Shown: in pieces, positions 26,926 through 38,596 of the stretch
How positions within the stretch are numbered: the first letter of the stretch is position 1
Layout: the number at the start of each line of letters is the position of its first letter
Assembly (NCBI GenBank): GCA_965223855.1
Contig: CBDCXM010000008.1
Coordinates: 608,001-672,000, forward strand
Length of the DNA stretch: 64,000 nt
Direction of reading: 5' to 3'
Origin: Candidatus Multivoradales bacterium
GTDB lineage: Bacteria > Acidobacteriota > Thermoanaerobaculia > Multivoradales > JAHEKO01
Position numbers and translations under genes: made by a program
The notes under the pieces: model-generated
What the model saw: only the letters and a program-made list of their open reading frames with translations
Told to the model about the DNA's origin: nothing
Databases searched by the model: none

Positions 26926-28647
26926 ATGGTCGATAACCTCGACAAGCAGACAGAGGACCGTGAAGTCGGCGAGCCGCCTCGCAACGCCGATCGTCTCGAC
27001 TCATGGAGCGAGATCGCGGCCTACCTCGACCGGCGGGTCAGGACCGTGCAGCGCTGGGAGCAGCACGAGGGGTTGCCGGTGCATCGCCACCAGCACCGCG
27101 CGCGGGCGACCGTCTACGCTTTCCGATCGGAGATCGACGCCTGGCTCGAAGCAAGGCAACCGCCGGCGCGCCCCCGGGAGGCCGCTGCGCAAAGAGCGAA
27201 GTGGCTCGTCCTTTCCGCGGTGCTTCTGATCGCCGTCTTCTGGTTTGCGAGCCGCCGCATCTCGGACACCCCAATAGTCGAGGAGTCCGCCCAGGAGCTC
27301 GGGCCGCTCATCGTCCTGCCGGTGGCCAACGCCTCCGACGACCCCGCTCTGGACGCCGTCTGCGAAGCACTCACCGACGAGGTCAACCATCAGTTGGCGA
27401 TCCTCGACACCGACCGCCTCGCGGTCCTCTCTCGAACCTCGGCCCTATCGTTCGCCGGCTCCGGCCTGACGATCCGACAGATCGCAGAAGCCTCAGGATC
27501 AGGGCTGGCTCTCGAGTCGAGCCTGCGGCGGGAGAAAGAGGGCCTGCGTGCGATCTTCCAGCTGATCGACGTAAGTTCCGACTCCCATCGGATGTCGATC
27601 GCCGCCGTCGCGACGCCCGACGATGATGCACCTTTCGTCCGCACTCTGGCGCTCGCTGCGGCGAAGGCGGTAGCGGAGGAACTCGGCATTCCCGTCCCGG
27701 GCTACGCACAACCGCCCATCTCCACCGACGCCTTCGATGCCTTCGCCAGGGGGCGCCGACTGTTCGACACCCAGCAGGCTGCCAACCTCGAGCTCGCGAA
27801 GGTCGAGTTCGAGCGGGCCGCCGAGCTGCAGCCGGACTGGGCCGAACCTCTGGCATGGAAGGCGATGACTCTCGTCTCCGGCAGCGGGGGCCTCGCTGAT
27901 CCCGAGCAGATCAGGGAGTCCGCCCGTCGAGCCCTCGAGCTCGACCCGCACTCTCCCCTTCCCAATGTGGCACTGGCGCTCGCCGCCTACTACCACGACT
28001 TCGACTGGAACGAAGCCTACCGACGGTTCGAACTCGCCGAGCCGAGCGCCCGGAACTTTCCGCTCTACTACGTGTCGCGAGCCACATTCTCGAGCGCCAT
28101 GGCCCGGCACGAAGAGGCGGTCGAGCTTGCGGAGCACGCCTTCGGGCTCGACCCGAAGTCGAGCCTCGTGGCCGCCTACCTCGGAATGGTCTACAACAAC
28201 GCCAGGCTCTGGGAGGAAGCCGACTGGGCCTTCTCCCAGGCGTCGGGCCTCTCGACGGAGGCTCCCGAGCTCGTCTTTCAGCTCTGGTCGTTCGAGAATC
28301 GAGGGAATCTGGAGGCCGCGGTCGCATGGCGCGAAGCGAACGGCTGGGAGCAAGAGGCACGCGTCCTCGGAGACGCGTTCCGCGACGAGGGTCCGGTCGG
28401 CTACTGGCGCGCCTACCTGGAGCTGTTGGAAGACCCGTTCCGAGCCCCGAACGCCCGCCGTGCGGTTGCCTTCACCCAACTCGGAGACTTCGACACCGCC
28501 TTCACCATCCTCGAGGGCGCCCTCGAGAACCGTAACCCGACCATCAGTTTCCTCGACGCCTATCCCCTCCTCGAGCCGCTGAGAGCCGACCCGAGGTACG
28601 ACGAGCTACGAGACCGTCTGGAACTCCCCTGGTCACCGCCGGACTGA
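26926..28647 (+). CDS. HTH + TM + TolB-like + TPR putative regulator
   Basis: RLDSWSEIAAYLDRRVRTVQRWE HTH, a TM helix, VLPVAN...VLSRTS TolB-like segment, TPRs, and LRADPRY ending. Confidence 0.8.
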   Translation: MVDNLDKQTEDREVGEPPRNADRLDSWSEIAAYLDRRVRTVQRWEQHEGLPVHRHQHRARATVYAFRSEIDAWLEARQPPARPREAAAQRAKWLVLSAVLLIAVFWFASRRISDTPIVEESAQELGPLIVLPVANASDDPALDAVCEALTDEVNHQLAILDTDRLAVLSRTSALSFAGSGLTIRQIAEASGSGLALESSLRREKEGLRAIFQLIDVSSDSHRMSIAAVATPDDDAPFVRTLALAAAKAVAEELGIPVPGYAQPPISTDAFDAFARGRRLFDTQQAANLELAKVEFERAAELQPDWAEPLAWKAMTLVSGSGGLADPEQIRESARRALELDPHSPLPNVALALAAYYHDFDWNEAYRRFELAEPSARNFPLYYVSRATFSSAMARHEEAVELAEHAFGLDPKSSLVAAYLGMVYNNARLWEEADWAFSQASGLSTEAPELVFQLWSFENRGNLEAAVAWREANGWEQEARVLGDAFRDEGPVGYWRAYLELLEDPFRAPNARRAVAFTQLGDFDTAFTILEGALENRNPTISFLDAYPLLEPLRADPRYDELRDRLELPWSPPD

Positions 28648-28690
28648 CGCTAGCCGGTGGTAGGGTCTCGACCACGTCGCGGCCGAACGA

Positions 28691-29485
28691 ATGAGAACCT
28701 ACCTCGACCTGATCCAGCGCATCCTCGACGAAGGGGTCGAGCAGGACGACCGCACCGGCACCGGCACTCTGGCCGTCTTCGGCCACCAGTCGCGCTACGA
28801 CCTGGCCGACGGGTTCCCGCTGCTGACGACCAAGAAACTGCACCTGCGCTCGATTCTCCATGAGCTGCTCTGGTTCCTGTCGGGCGACACCAACATCGGC
28901 TACCTCAAGGAGAACAAGGTCCGGATCTGGGACGAATGGGCGGACGAAAACGGCGATCTCGGCCCCGTCTACGGCAGCCAGTGGCGGTCGTGGCAGGGCG
29001 CGGACGGCCGGACGCACGACCAGATCCGCCAGGTCGTCGATGCGATCCGCGAAGACCCGGCCTCGCGCCGCCACATCGTCTCGGCCTGGAACGTCGGCGA
29101 GCTCGAACGGATGGCGCTGCCGCCGTGCCACACCCTCTTCCAGTTCCAGGTCGCCGGCGGCCGGTTGTCGTGCCAGCTCTACCAGCGCAGCGCCGACGTC
29201 TTCCTCGGCGTGCCGTTCAACATCGCCTCGTACGCCCTGCTGACCCTGATGATGGCGCAGGTGTGCGACCTCGAACCGGGCGACTTCGTCCACACTCTCG
29301 GCGACGCCCATCTCTACAGCAACCACCTCGATCAGGCTCACGAGCAGCTCGCCAGGGAGCCGCGACCGCTTCCGACCATGCGGCTCGACCCTGGCGTGCG
29401 ATCCCTGTTCGATTTCCGCTACGAGCACTTCACCCTCGAGGGGTACGACCCGCACCCGCACATCAGGGCGGAAGTGTCCGTTTGA
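28691..29485 (+). CDS. thyA: Thymidylate synthase
   Basis: [22 protein letters not shown] and [18 protein letters not shown] motifs. Confidence 0.97.
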   Translation: MRTYLDLIQRILDEGVEQDDRTGTGTLAVFGHQSRYDLADGFPLLTTKKLHLRSILHELLWFLSGDTNIGYLKENKVRIWDEWADENGDLGPVYGSQWRSWQGADGRTHDQIRQVVDAIREDPASRRHIVSAWNVGELERMALPPCHTLFQFQVAGGRLSCQLYQRSADVFLGVPFNIASYALLTLMMAQVCDLEPGDFVHTLGDAHLYSNHLDQAHEQLAREPRPLPTMRLDPGVRSLFDFRYEHFTLEGYDPHPHIRAEVSV

Positions 29486-29994
29486 AGGTCACGCTGATCG
29501 TCGCGGTGGCGCACGGCGGCGTCATGGGCCGCGACGGCTCCCTGCCGTGGCACCTGCCGGCGGACCTGGCCCGCTTCCGACGGCTGACGATGGGCCACCA
29601 CCTGCTCGTCGGCCGCCTGACCTGGGAGTCGATCGGCAAGCCGCTGCCGGGCCGCCGGATGATCGTGCTCTCGAGATCGGATCTCGAACTGCCGGAGGGA
29701 GTCGTGCGAGTCGGCTCGATCGAGGAAGCCGTGGAGTTGGCCCGGGCCGCAGGGGAGGAGGAGCTGTTCGTCGCCGGCGGCGCCCAGGTCTACGCGCTGG
29801 CGCTGCCGCTCGCCGACACTCTTCACTGGACCGCCGTCGAGGCCGACGTCGACGGCGACGTCGTCTTCCCCGAGTGGGATCGCAGCGCCTGGGAGCTGGT
29901 GAGTCGCGAGGAGGGGACGACCGACGAGCGCAACGCGCTCCCTCACGCCTTCCTCGAGTACCGGCGCCGGGAGGGCGAACTCCAGGCGGGTTGA
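29482..29994 (+). CDS. folA: Dihydrofolate reductase
   Basis: TTG start overlapping the thyA stop; [30 protein letters not shown] and GDVVFP motifs. Confidence 0.95.
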   Translation: MKVTLIVAVAHGGVMGRDGSLPWHLPADLARFRRLTMGHHLLVGRLTWESIGKPLPGRRMIVLSRSDLELPEGVVRVGSIEEAVELARAAGEEELFVAGGAQVYALALPLADTLHWTAVEADVDGDVVFPEWDRSAWELVSREEGTTDERNALPHAFLEYRRREGELQAG

Positions 29995-30001
29995 GGACTC
30001 T

Positions 30002-30970
30002 CTAGGCTCTCGCCACCGCGCGCCGGGTCGCGGCGCCTCGCAACCCCCAGGAGAGCGTGTGCATGCTGTCGGCAGCGAGGCTCTCGTAGCCGAGGGTCCG
30101 CACGGCGCGCATCGGAATCCGGTCGCCGTCGCGCCACTCGATCGACAGATCGACCGGGTTGCGGTCGGCCAGCGCGTCGATGGCGGCCGCCGGCTGGGCG
30201 AGCGAGCGCTCGCCCGCGATCCGGTGCGACCACTCCGCCAGCACCCATTCGCGCACCTCGTCGAAGGCTCTGAGCGGTACCGGCCCGCTTGCGACCAGCA
30301 CCCTCAGCCGATCGCGCTTGAGCATCTCCTCGAGAGAGGCGCGCAGCGCGTCTCCCAGGGTCGCGCTCCAGGCGGCCCGGCGACCGACGCGCACGGTGTT
30401 GCGCAATTCGGCGACGACCGCCGCAGCAGCCTGCGCCTTGACGGTCATGCCGCACAGCCGCCCCCAGTGCACCACCTCGGCGGCGGCGACGGCCCGTGCC
30501 AGCTCGACGCCGACCGGTTGCCGGCCGTAGATCTCAGCCACGTGGCGACTCGAGCGCGAGGTCATGCCGCGATCGAGGACGGTGACGCCGGCAGAGCTGC
30601 GGATCCAGGCGAAGAAGGGTCCGCTGTTCCACGACATCGGCACCACTCTCCTGGTCGGCATCATCGCCTGGATGCCGGCGAGGTCGCGCTCGCGAGCGCT
30701 GATCTGCATCGCCACCGGACGGCAACGGCGCTGGCCGTCCCCGGCTTCCAGGCCGTTCTCCAGGCCGCCGCGATCGGCGAGTCCCGTGAGTCTGAGAGCC
30801 GGCTGAGTGGCGTCGACGTAGACCCTTCCCGGCTCGAAGACATCCTCGTAGACACGATGCTCCGAGTACTGCGCCGTCGATGGAATGCGCACCATCTGAG
30901 GTGACGTACCGACCTTGGCTCCCAAACCGACCTCCCCCTGTGACCGCTCGCCCGTGAGCGGGGTTACCAT
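30002..30970 (-). CDS. Hypothetical protein
   Basis: 322-aa ORF filling the gap between folA and the amidohydrolase; no recognised motif. Confidence 0.4.
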   Translation of the reverse strand: MVTPLTGERSQGEVGLGAKVGTSPQMVRIPSTAQYSEHRVYEDVFEPGRVYVDATQPALRLTGLADRGGLENGLEAGDGQRRCRPVAMQISARERDLAGIQAMMPTRRVVPMSWNSGPFFAWIRSSAGVTVLDRGMTSRSSRHVAEIYGRQPVGVELARAVAAAEVVHWGRLCGMTVKAQAAAAVVAELRNTVRVGRRAAWSATLGDALRASLEEMLKRDRLRVLVASGPVPLRAFDEVREWVLAEWSHRIAGERSLAQPAAAIDALADRNPVDLSIEWRDGDRIPMRAVRTLGYESLAADSMHTLSWGLRGAATRRAVARA

Positions 30971-31113
30971 CTCTTGAGTACAGGCTCGGGCGGAGGCGAT
31001 TTGTTACCGCAGGCCGGGGACGCGGACATGTCCGGGATCGTCAGACGCACCAACCGACCGCGGCTTCGGCCACGACCTTGCGGGGAGAGCGGCAGGGGAG
31101 GCAGACTGCGACG

Positions 31114-32553
31114 GTGACGATCGGCAAGCTGGAGGCAACCATCCCGAAGTTCACCCTCGGCCCGATCGCCCTCGCAGCGTCGCTTGCGATCGCGTCCTGC
31201 ACCGGCGGGGACGACCGGCCCGACCGCGCCTGCCCCGGCGGCCTCGCCCTGGTCGGAGTTTCGGTGATCGACGGGTACGGGGGTGCGCCTGCGCCCGGGC
31301 AGACGGTGGTGGTCTGCAACGGCAGGATCGCAGCGCTCGGCCCCGAGGGAGAGGTCGACGTCCCTCGCGGCGCCAACCGGGCCGAGCTTCGAGGGCGGTT
31401 CGTGCTGCCGGGCTTCGTCGACACCCATGCCCACGTGACGGTGCTGGAGCCGACCGGTGACGGGCTCGCCTACCGTCCGGACGCCTCGGCTCAGGCGCTA
31501 AAGGTCCTGCTCGCCTTCGGCGTCACGACGGTTCGGAACCCCGCCGCGCCGACCGACGAGGGGGTCTCCCTACGCGAGGCCGTCGCCGCAGGCGAGATCC
31601 TCGGCCCGCGGATCCTCACCGCCGGAGCGGCTCTCGACCGATCGCAGAGCCTCTACGGCCCGTTCGTCGCCACCCCGACTCCGGAGGAGGCGCGGGCGGA
31701 GGTCGCCGGGCAGGCGGCTGCGGGCGTCGACATGGTCAAGCTCTACGCGGCCCTCGAGCCCGACGTCGTCGCGGCCGCCGTCGAGGCGGCGGACGAGCAC
31801 GGGCTTCCCGTCGTCGGGCACCTGCAACGCACGAGCTGGTCCGAGGCGGTGCGTCTCGGCGTCACCCGCCTCACCCACGCCGCCTCGTGGTCGGTGGACG
31901 CCCTCCCCCCTGCCGTGCGCCTGAGCTACCGCGGAACGATGAAAGACCGGATCCGGTGGCTCGAGTCGATCGATCTCGAAGGGGAAGAGGTCGGCGAGCT
32001 GCTCGCGCGTCTCGTCGAGCATGACGTCACCCTCGACCCGACGCTGGTCGTCCTCCACTCGAAGTTCTTCGGCGACCAGGCGCGCTATCGCGAGCATCCG
32101 GAGGCGCACCTGGCGCCCGAAGTCCTTCGAGCCACCTGGGCCGAGCACAACTTCGTCACCGACTGGACCGACGAGGACTTCGGGAGCGCGAGAGCCGCCT
32201 GGCCGCGGGTGCTGGAGCTCGTACGGCGCTACCACGAGGCCGGCATCCCACTGTCCGTGGGGAGCGACTTCAGCAATCCGTGGATCGTGCCCGGGGTGAG
32301 CTTCCACGAGGAGCTGGGCCTGCTGGTGGAGGCCGGTATCGCGCCTCTCGACGTCCTGCGGATGGCGACCCTCAACGGCGCGCGCGCCCTCGGCCTCGAG
32401 GACGAGATCGGCACGGTCGAGGTCGGCAAGCGGGCGGACCTGGTCGTCCTCGCCCGCGATCCGTCGCGTCAGATCTGGAACAGCCGCGCTCTGGAGCTCG
32501 TCGTCGCCGGTGGACGGGTCCTGAGCCCGAGCACGCTGCTCGACGAGATCTAG
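31114..32553 (+). CDS. Amidohydrolase family lipoprotein
   Basis: IASC lipobox; [18 protein letters not shown] and [12 protein letters not shown] motifs. Confidence 0.88.
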   Translation: MTIGKLEATIPKFTLGPIALAASLAIASCTGGDDRPDRACPGGLALVGVSVIDGYGGAPAPGQTVVVCNGRIAALGPEGEVDVPRGANRAELRGRFVLPGFVDTHAHVTVLEPTGDGLAYRPDASAQALKVLLAFGVTTVRNPAAPTDEGVSLREAVAAGEILGPRILTAGAALDRSQSLYGPFVATPTPEEARAEVAGQAAAGVDMVKLYAALEPDVVAAAVEAADEHGLPVVGHLQRTSWSEAVRLGVTRLTHAASWSVDALPPAVRLSYRGTMKDRIRWLESIDLEGEEVGELLARLVEHDVTLDPTLVVLHSKFFGDQARYREHPEAHLAPEVLRATWAEHNFVTDWTDEDFGSARAAWPRVLELVRRYHEAGIPLSVGSDFSNPWIVPGVSFHEELGLLVEAGIAPLDVLRMATLNGARALGLEDEIGTVEVGKRADLVVLARDPSRQIWNSRALELVVAGGRVLSPSTLLDEI

Positions 32554-32775
32554 GCGCTCCATAGGGAAAAGGGCCGGAAAGCTCCTCGACACTCGTTGGG
32601 GATAGTGGCCCGAAGAACCCCGCTGAGCGACGTGCGGTTACGCACCGCGTTCGGCTTCCCAGCCCAAGAGGCCTTGTTGTCCTGCGGACGGATCCGCGCA
32701 AAACCCAAGGAGGTTGTGGACGCCTCTCGGGTAGTACAGGCGCGTCGGCCGAAGTTTTGTTACACCGAGCCGGAA

Positions 32776-34647
32776 TCAGGCCTGAAACTGCAGCTCGTAG
32801 AGACGCTTGTACGTCCCACCCTGGCGCATCAGCTCTTCGTGATCGCCGATCTGAGTGATCCGCCCGGCCTCCATGACGACGATCCGGTCGGCCGACTTGA
32901 CCGTCGACAGGCGATGGGCGATGACCAGCGCGGTGCGACCGCGCATCAGGTTATACAGCGCCTTCTGCACCAGCGCTTCCGACTCGCTGTCGAGGTGGGA
33001 GGTCGCTTCGTCGAGGATCAGGATCGGCGCGTTCTTGAGCAGCGCTCGGGCGATCGCCAGCCGCTGGCGCTGGCCGCCGGAGAGGCGTGACCCCTCCTCG
33101 CCGATCCGGGTGTCGTAGCCGGCCGGCAGCTCCATGATGAAGTCGTCGGCGTAGGCCGCCGCCGCGGCTTCGCGAACGCTCTCGAGCGACAGGTCCGAGC
33201 GCCCGTAGGCGATGTTGTTGCGCACCGTCTCGTCGAAGAGCACGGTCTCCTGGGTGACGATGCCGATCTGCCTCCGCAGGCTCTCGAGCGTCACCTCGCG
33301 GACATCGTGGCCGTCGAGGGTGATCGTCCCTTCGTCGGGATCGTAGAAGCGCGGCAGCAGGTTGATGAGCGTCGACTTGCCGGCCCCGGAAGGCCCGACG
33401 ACCGCCACCACCTCGCCGCGGCCGATCTCGAGATCGACGCCGCGCAACACATGCTCGTCGCCGTAGCCGAACGACACGCCGTCGAAACGGACACGATCGC
33501 GGAACTCCTCGAGGTCGCGAGCGCCCTTGCGGTCGGCAACCTCGTTGGGCACCGCGAGGATCTTCGCCACCCGCTGGGCCGCCGCCCGCGCCTCCTGGAG
33601 GATGAGGTTGACCTTGTTGAGCTTGCGGATCGGGTCGTAGAGCATCATCAGCGCGGTCAGGAACGACACCAGCACGGACGCGGTCAGCTGCCCCGATCGC
33701 ACCGCCCGACCCGCGTAGATCAGGAATGCCGCCGCGCCGACGGCGGCGAGCGACTCGACCACCGGCCCGGAGACGTAGGTCAGGATCTGGGACCGCAGCT
33801 TGACCTGCAGGTGTCGCTGCGTCGCCTCCGAGAAGCGGCGGTGCTCGAAGTCCTCCATACCGAACGCCTTCACCACCCGGTGACCGCGCGTCGCCTCGGA
33901 GAGGAGCTGGGTGAGGTCGGCCATCCGCTCCTGAGAGCGGTGGCTCGTCTTCCACATCCCCTTGCCGAAGCGGGCGATCGGGTAGATGAAGATCGGCGTC
34001 ACCACCAGGCAGACGAGCGCCAGCTTGAGATGGATGTTGAGCAGCACGACGATCAGCACGATCAGTGTCGGCGTCTGCTGGAAGAGGTCGAGCAGCCGGC
34101 TGGTCACCGCGTTCTGCATCACCGTGACGTCGTTGACGACCCGGCTCACCAGCTCACCGGAGGTGTGTTGCTCGTGAAAGCGCGTCGATTGATCGACGAC
34201 CCGCCGGAACAGGTCGTTGCGCATGTCGGTCGTCATGCCGAGCCCGATGTGCTGAAACGAGTAGCCTGAAAGGAAGCTCGACAGGCTCCGGAGCAGCAGC
34301 ACGACCACCATCAGCAGCGGCACGAGGTAGACGACGTTCTCCTCGGTGATGCCGAGCCGCCGCTTGAGGCTGTCGTAACCGCCCTGCAGTCCCGCACGCA
34401 GGTCGAATCTCTCCTTGAGACGAGCGAAGAAACCCTCGACTTCGACATCCTCCGCGGCCTCCGCCACCGCCTCGAGCGCCTCCGGACGCTGATCGGTCAT
34501 CAGCACCTCGCCGAAGATCGGCTCGACGAGCGCCACCATCGCTCCTGAGGAGAGGGCGAACGTCATGACCGACACGACGGCGATCGCCACCCAGCCGCCG
34601 TAGCGGCGGCCGTAACGCCAGAGGAACGGAATCGTGCGTGAACTCAT
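32776..34647 (-). CDS. ABC transporter permease/ATPase, MsbA-like
   Basis: TM domain; GPSGAGKST, LSGGQRQR, ILDEATS and IAHRLST motifs. Confidence 0.9.
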   Translation of the reverse strand: MSSRTIPFLWRYGRRYGGWVAIAVVSVMTFALSSGAMVALVEPIFGEVLMTDQRPEALEAVAEAAEDVEVEGFFARLKERFDLRAGLQGGYDSLKRRLGITEENVVYLVPLLMVVVLLLRSLSSFLSGYSFQHIGLGMTTDMRNDLFRRVVDQSTRFHEQHTSGELVSRVVNDVTVMQNAVTSRLLDLFQQTPTLIVLIVVLLNIHLKLALVCLVVTPIFIYPIARFGKGMWKTSHRSQERMADLTQLLSEATRGHRVVKAFGMEDFEHRRFSEATQRHLQVKLRSQILTYVSGPVVESLAAVGAAAFLIYAGRAVRSGQLTASVLVSFLTALMMLYDPIRKLNKVNLILQEARAAAQRVAKILAVPNEVADRKGARDLEEFRDRVRFDGVSFGYGDEHVLRGVDLEIGRGEVVAVVGPSGAGKSTLINLLPRFYDPDEGTITLDGHDVREVTLESLRRQIGIVTQETVLFDETVRNNIAYGRSDLSLESVREAAAAAYADDFIMELPAGYDTRIGEEGSRLSGGQRQRLAIARALLKNAPILILDEATSHLDSESEALVQKALYNLMRGRTALVIAHRLSTVKSADRIVVMEAGRITQIGDHEELMRQGGTYKRLYELQFQA

Positions 34648-36033
34648 CGTCCGCGCTCGAAGGCCGGCGACAGCTTGCTGGCGATCCGGTTCTCGATCCA
34701 GTCGGCGTCGAGCCACTCCACCGGGTCGACGGCGACCCCATGGAGGAACATCCCGAAGTGCAGGTGGTCACCGCCCGCCAGCCCGGTGACGCCGGTACGA
34801 CCGACCGTCCGGCCGCGCTCGATCGCCTCGCCTTCCGACACGTCGATCGAAGACAGATGGCCGTAGAGGGACAGCAGCCCGTAGCCGTGGTCGATCACCA
34901 CCACGTTGCCGTAGATGCCCAGGAAGCGCGCCGCCACCACCGTGCCGGCGTTGGCGGCCGGAACTTCCGCCCGGCGCACCGAAGCGAGGTCGTAGCCGAG
35001 GTGGACCTGCCGATCCACTTCCTCCCCGCCGTAGCGATAGGTACGGCGATCGCCGAAGCGCGCCATCACCTGGCCGTTCGGCATCGGCAGAAAGGCTCCC
35101 CGCCAGGCGAATCGCTCCTCGCTCCTGCCGGCGAGGGCACCGATCTCGGCCCGGTTCTCGACCCGCAGATCGCGGTTGATCGCCAGATAGCGATCGAGGA
35201 GCGATCCGGTGGCCGTCAGGCTCGGGCGTCTGCGACTCGATCTCGCTCGCCACCCGCTCGATGAAGCTGTCGGGCACGTTGATGTCGTCGTGCGTCACCT
35301 CGCGCGGCCTCAGGCGGTCGACGAAAGCGCGTTCGGTGCGGTAGCCGACGTCGTCCTCCACCACGAGCCGGATCGGGCTGTCGAGCGGCAGGTCGAACGG
35401 CACGGCAAACAGCGCGAACGTCTCGCCGGCGGTACCGCCCGGCAGCGGGTACCCCGGGAAGAAGGCGTCGCCGGCCGAAACTCCGTGACGGCGCGCCTCA
35501 TCACCGACCCGGTAGACGACCGCCTCGGCTCCCCCCTGGGTCGGATAGTGCTGACTCGACAGGAGCGCCACCGAAGGCGGCCGCAGCCGCACCGGCAGCT
35601 CGATCTCGGCCGAGACCGGGGCCGGCGAGCGCAGCCAGGTGCCGGCTCTCCAGGCGGTCGTTCGCACCGTCGCCGGGCCCTGCGCCAGCCCCTCCGTCAC
35701 GGTCGAGCCGATCTCCACGTCGATCGCGGCGGCTGCCTCGCGCGGCCCCCAGAACGCCCACGGCGCCCGGGTCTCGTAGTTCTCGTCGGCGAGCAGCCGC
35801 GACCTTTCACCCTGGACGAGTTCGACGGTCATCCGCGCCACTCCCCTGCCCGGCTCGGTCGCGACCGACGTCACCCTGGTGAGCGGTCCGATGCCCGGCA
35901 GATCGCTCGTCACCTCGACCTCCGGAAGGCCGCCGGTCCGCAGCGTCACGAGCGCCAGAAGCGCCAGAGCCACGAGGACCAGCACCGGCACGATGCCGCG
36001 GACGCGCCGCTTGCGCTCGCCGAGTTCCCTCAC
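34644..36033 (-). pseudogene. M23 family peptidase with a +1 frameshift near 35225 (real or assembly error)
   Basis: The N-terminal frame switches to one reading LLDRYLAINRDLR...HLGYD...YGHL...GDHLHF (M23 motifs). Removing one base of GGG 35224-35226 restores a single ORF. Confidence 0.8.
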
Positions 36034-36040
36034 CGCGCTC

Positions 36041-36580
36041 TCAGTCGCCGCCGTCGTTGAGGCCGCGCATCACTTCGCGTTGCGACGAATAGCGCGCCCG
36101 TGCCCGGATGTAGACCTGATGGTCGAGGCCCAGCTCGCTCGCGATCCCTCGTACCTGCTCCTCCTCGACGACGGAGATCGAATCGTCGGCCGCCGACACC
36201 GCGAACAGGCAGTCGAGCAGAGAGAGTTTCTGTTCCTCGCTGGCGATCTCGCGGAACTCGCGGGTGACGAGGAAGTTCTCGGTACCGCCGAAGAGCCGGT
36301 TCTGGCTCTTGGCGATCTCGACCACCAACAGCGCCTGGTCCTCCGGCAGGTCGCCGTGCTCGGCCACGAGCGCCTCCATCGACCGCGACTCCTCGTCCGA
36401 GATGTGCTGATCGGCGTGGGCGACCCGGCCGAGAATGTAGGCGAAGGCGGCGATGTAGCGGGCGCGCTCGGGTTCTAGCGCCTCGAGGCGCGCCGCGATC
36501 TTGCGCACCGACTCGGTGTCGGCCTCGGACTCCGAGGGGGTGGGCTGCGAGGCGGAGAACAGTCGTTCGAGAATGGACAT
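36041..36580 (-). CDS. TerB/DjlA-like protein
   Basis: VAHADQHISDEE and LFAVSAADDSISVVEE...IASELGL motifs. Confidence 0.8.
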   Translation of the reverse strand: MSILERLFSASQPTPSESEADTESVRKIAARLEALEPERARYIAAFAYILGRVAHADQHISDEESRSMEALVAEHGDLPEDQALLVVEIAKSQNRLFGGTENFLVTREFREIASEEQKLSLLDCLFAVSAADDSISVVEEEQVRGIASELGLDHQVYIRARARYSSQREVMRGLNDGGD

Positions 36581-36646
36581 AGGCGCGCGGGCGCGGTGGC
36601 CTCGCGGCATCCTAACCCGACTGCCGAGCGCCGGTACAATCGCGCG

Positions 36647-37927
36647 ATGAACGCTCGTTCCAATGCCACCGGGCCGCTTCTGGCCTCGCTTCTCGTCGTC
36701 GCCTGCAGCGCCCCCGAGTCCACGCCCCCCAACCTTGCCGGGTCGCCTGACCTCGCCGGCCCGTGGCGTGCGGTCCTCGCTTCGCCGGGAGGCGAACTGC
36801 CGTTCACCCTCGAGATCTCCGGGGAAGGCGGCACCCTCGAAGCCTCGATCGCCAACGGCGACGAGCACGCCCCCACCACCGGCGTCGAGGTCGAAGGGAA
36901 CCGGGTGACGATCGGCTTCGACTGGTACGACTCGCGGATCGTCGCCACGCTCGAGGGAGACGACGGTATGCGGGGCGAGTGGACGCGAGCCTCGGCCGGA
37001 GGCACGGTTTCCCGCCTCCCTTTCTCGGCCACGAGAGGAGTGGCGCCCCGCTTCCGGGCTGTCACCGAGGACCGGCCGGCCGTCGCGACCACCGACATCG
37101 GCGGAGTGTGGAGGGTCGAGTTCACCGACGAGGACGGCACCGAACCGGCACAGGGGGAGTTCGTCCAGGACGGTACCCGCGTGACCGGGACCTTTCTCAC
37201 CCCGACGGGCGACTACCGCTTCCTCGAGGGAAGCTACGAGGAGGGGTTGCTTCGCCTGTCGACCTTCGACGGCGCACACGCCTTCCTCTTCTCCGCGCGA
37301 GTCGACGAGGACAGCACCCTGACGGGCGACTTCTGGTCGCGCGACAGTTACCACGCGACCTGGACCGCATCCCGGGCCGAAGAAGGCGAGGTCATCCTGC
37401 CGGACGCCTGGAACCTCGCCGGACTCACCAACGATGAAGGCAGTTTCTCGTTCTCCTTCGCGGACAGCGACGGCAACACCCTCTCGAGCGACGACCCGCG
37501 GTTCGACGGCAAGGTCGTGCTCGTCAACATCTTCGGTACCTGGTGCCCGAACTGCAACGACAAGGCGCCGCTGCTGGCGGAATGGCACGACCGGTGGGCC
37601 GACCGCGGTCTCGAGATCGTCGGGCTCGCCTACGAGTTCTCCGGCGACCCGGAGCGCGATCGCCTCTACGTCTCGAAGTTCGCCGAGCGCCACGGGATCG
37701 CCTTCCCGCTGCTGCTCGCGGGCATCAGCGACAAGGCGAAGGCCGCCGAGACGCTCCCGGACCTGAACGCCGTCATCGCCTTCCCGACGACCGTCTTCAT
37801 CGGTCGCGACGGCAGGGTTCGCAAGATCCACTCCGGCTTCTCGGGACCGGGGACCGGCTCGCACTACGACGAGCTGGTGGCGGAGCTGGAGGGTCTGATC
37901 GAGACCCTGCTCGACGAGCCGGCCTAG
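36647..37927 (+). CDS. TlpA-like thiol-disulfide oxidoreductase lipoprotein
   Basis: VVAC lipobox; N-terminal beta domains; GTWCPNC and AFPT motifs. Confidence 0.88.
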   Translation: MNARSNATGPLLASLLVVACSAPESTPPNLAGSPDLAGPWRAVLASPGGELPFTLEISGEGGTLEASIANGDEHAPTTGVEVEGNRVTIGFDWYDSRIVATLEGDDGMRGEWTRASAGGTVSRLPFSATRGVAPRFRAVTEDRPAVATTDIGGVWRVEFTDEDGTEPAQGEFVQDGTRVTGTFLTPTGDYRFLEGSYEEGLLRLSTFDGAHAFLFSARVDEDSTLTGDFWSRDSYHATWTASRAEEGEVILPDAWNLAGLTNDEGSFSFSFADSDGNTLSSDDPRFDGKVVLVNIFGTWCPNCNDKAPLLAEWHDRWADRGLEIVGLAYEFSGDPERDRLYVSKFAERHGIAFPLLLAGISDKAKAAETLPDLNAVIAFPTTVFIGRDGRVRKIHSGFSGPGTGSHYDELVAELEGLIETLLDEPA

Positions 37928-38108
37928 CCCGGACTTCTCACGCCGGTGTGGTCTGGTAGGTCGTAGGTTGCTGAAGATACAAGGCTTCCGGTCGCGAGCA
38001 CCGCAGGCATAGCCGTAGCTACGTCGAGGAGCGCAGCGACCGGAAAACGAAGTAGGTTCAGTGACATACGGCCTACCAGGCTGCAGCGGCGTGAGAAGTC
38101 CGGGCTAG
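37924..38108 (+). mobile_element. Hairpin MITE-like repeat, copy 3 (185 bp)
   Basis: Same terminal inverted repeats as copy 2, opposite internal orientation; CTAG ends are the stops of the TlpA and YbaK genes. Confidence 0.9.
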
Positions 38109-38596
38109 CCCGCCCGGGAAGAGAGGTCGGCCCACGGGGCGCCGCTCGCCTCCGAGAGTTCGGCCGGCGTCGTCTCGAAGATGCTGTGCGGGCCTCCCGC
38201 GGCGGCCCAGATCCGGTCGAAGCGCTCGAGGCCACGGTCGAGCCAGGTCACGACAGGACCCTCGTGACCGAGCGGCGGAACGCCGCCGATCGCAAAGCCG
38301 GTCGCCTGGCGCACGAAATCCGGGTCGGCGCGACCAACGGGCTCGCCGGCCAGCGCCGCCAGCCTGTCGAGATCGACCCGGTCGGCGCCGCTCAGGACGA
38401 CCAGCAGGGCCCGCCCCGTCTCCCTGCCACGGAAGATCAGTGACTTCGCGATCTGCGCCGTCGAGCAGCCGACGGCGTCTGCCGCCTCCTGCGCCGTGCG
38501 TGTGGAGCCGGGCAGGCTCTCCACCCTGCGGTCGAGACCGAGGAAATCGAGCGCTGCCTGCACCCGCTCCGGTCCGCTGAGGCGAGCCGGCGTCAC
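38105..38596 (-). CDS. YbaK/EbsC family aminoacyl-tRNA deacylase
   Basis: STRTAQEAA, QIAKSL, TGFAIGGVPPLGH and WAAAG motifs. Confidence 0.9.
   Translation of the reverse strand: MTPARLSGPERVQAALDFLGLDRRVESLPGSTRTAQEAADAVGCSTAQIAKSLIFRGRETGRALLVVLSGADRVDLDRLAALAGEPVGRADPDFVRQATGFAIGGVPPLGHEGPVVTWLDRGLERFDRIWAAAGGPHSIFETTPAELSEASGAPWADLSSRAG

Noticed and set aside
35209-35240. Programmed frameshift in the M23 gene
   Set aside because: No slippery heptamer; a simple homopolymer insertion explains it.
107-38108. CRISPR interpretation of the repeats
   Set aside because: Copies are dispersed, about 185 bp long, with no spacer array and no cas genes.
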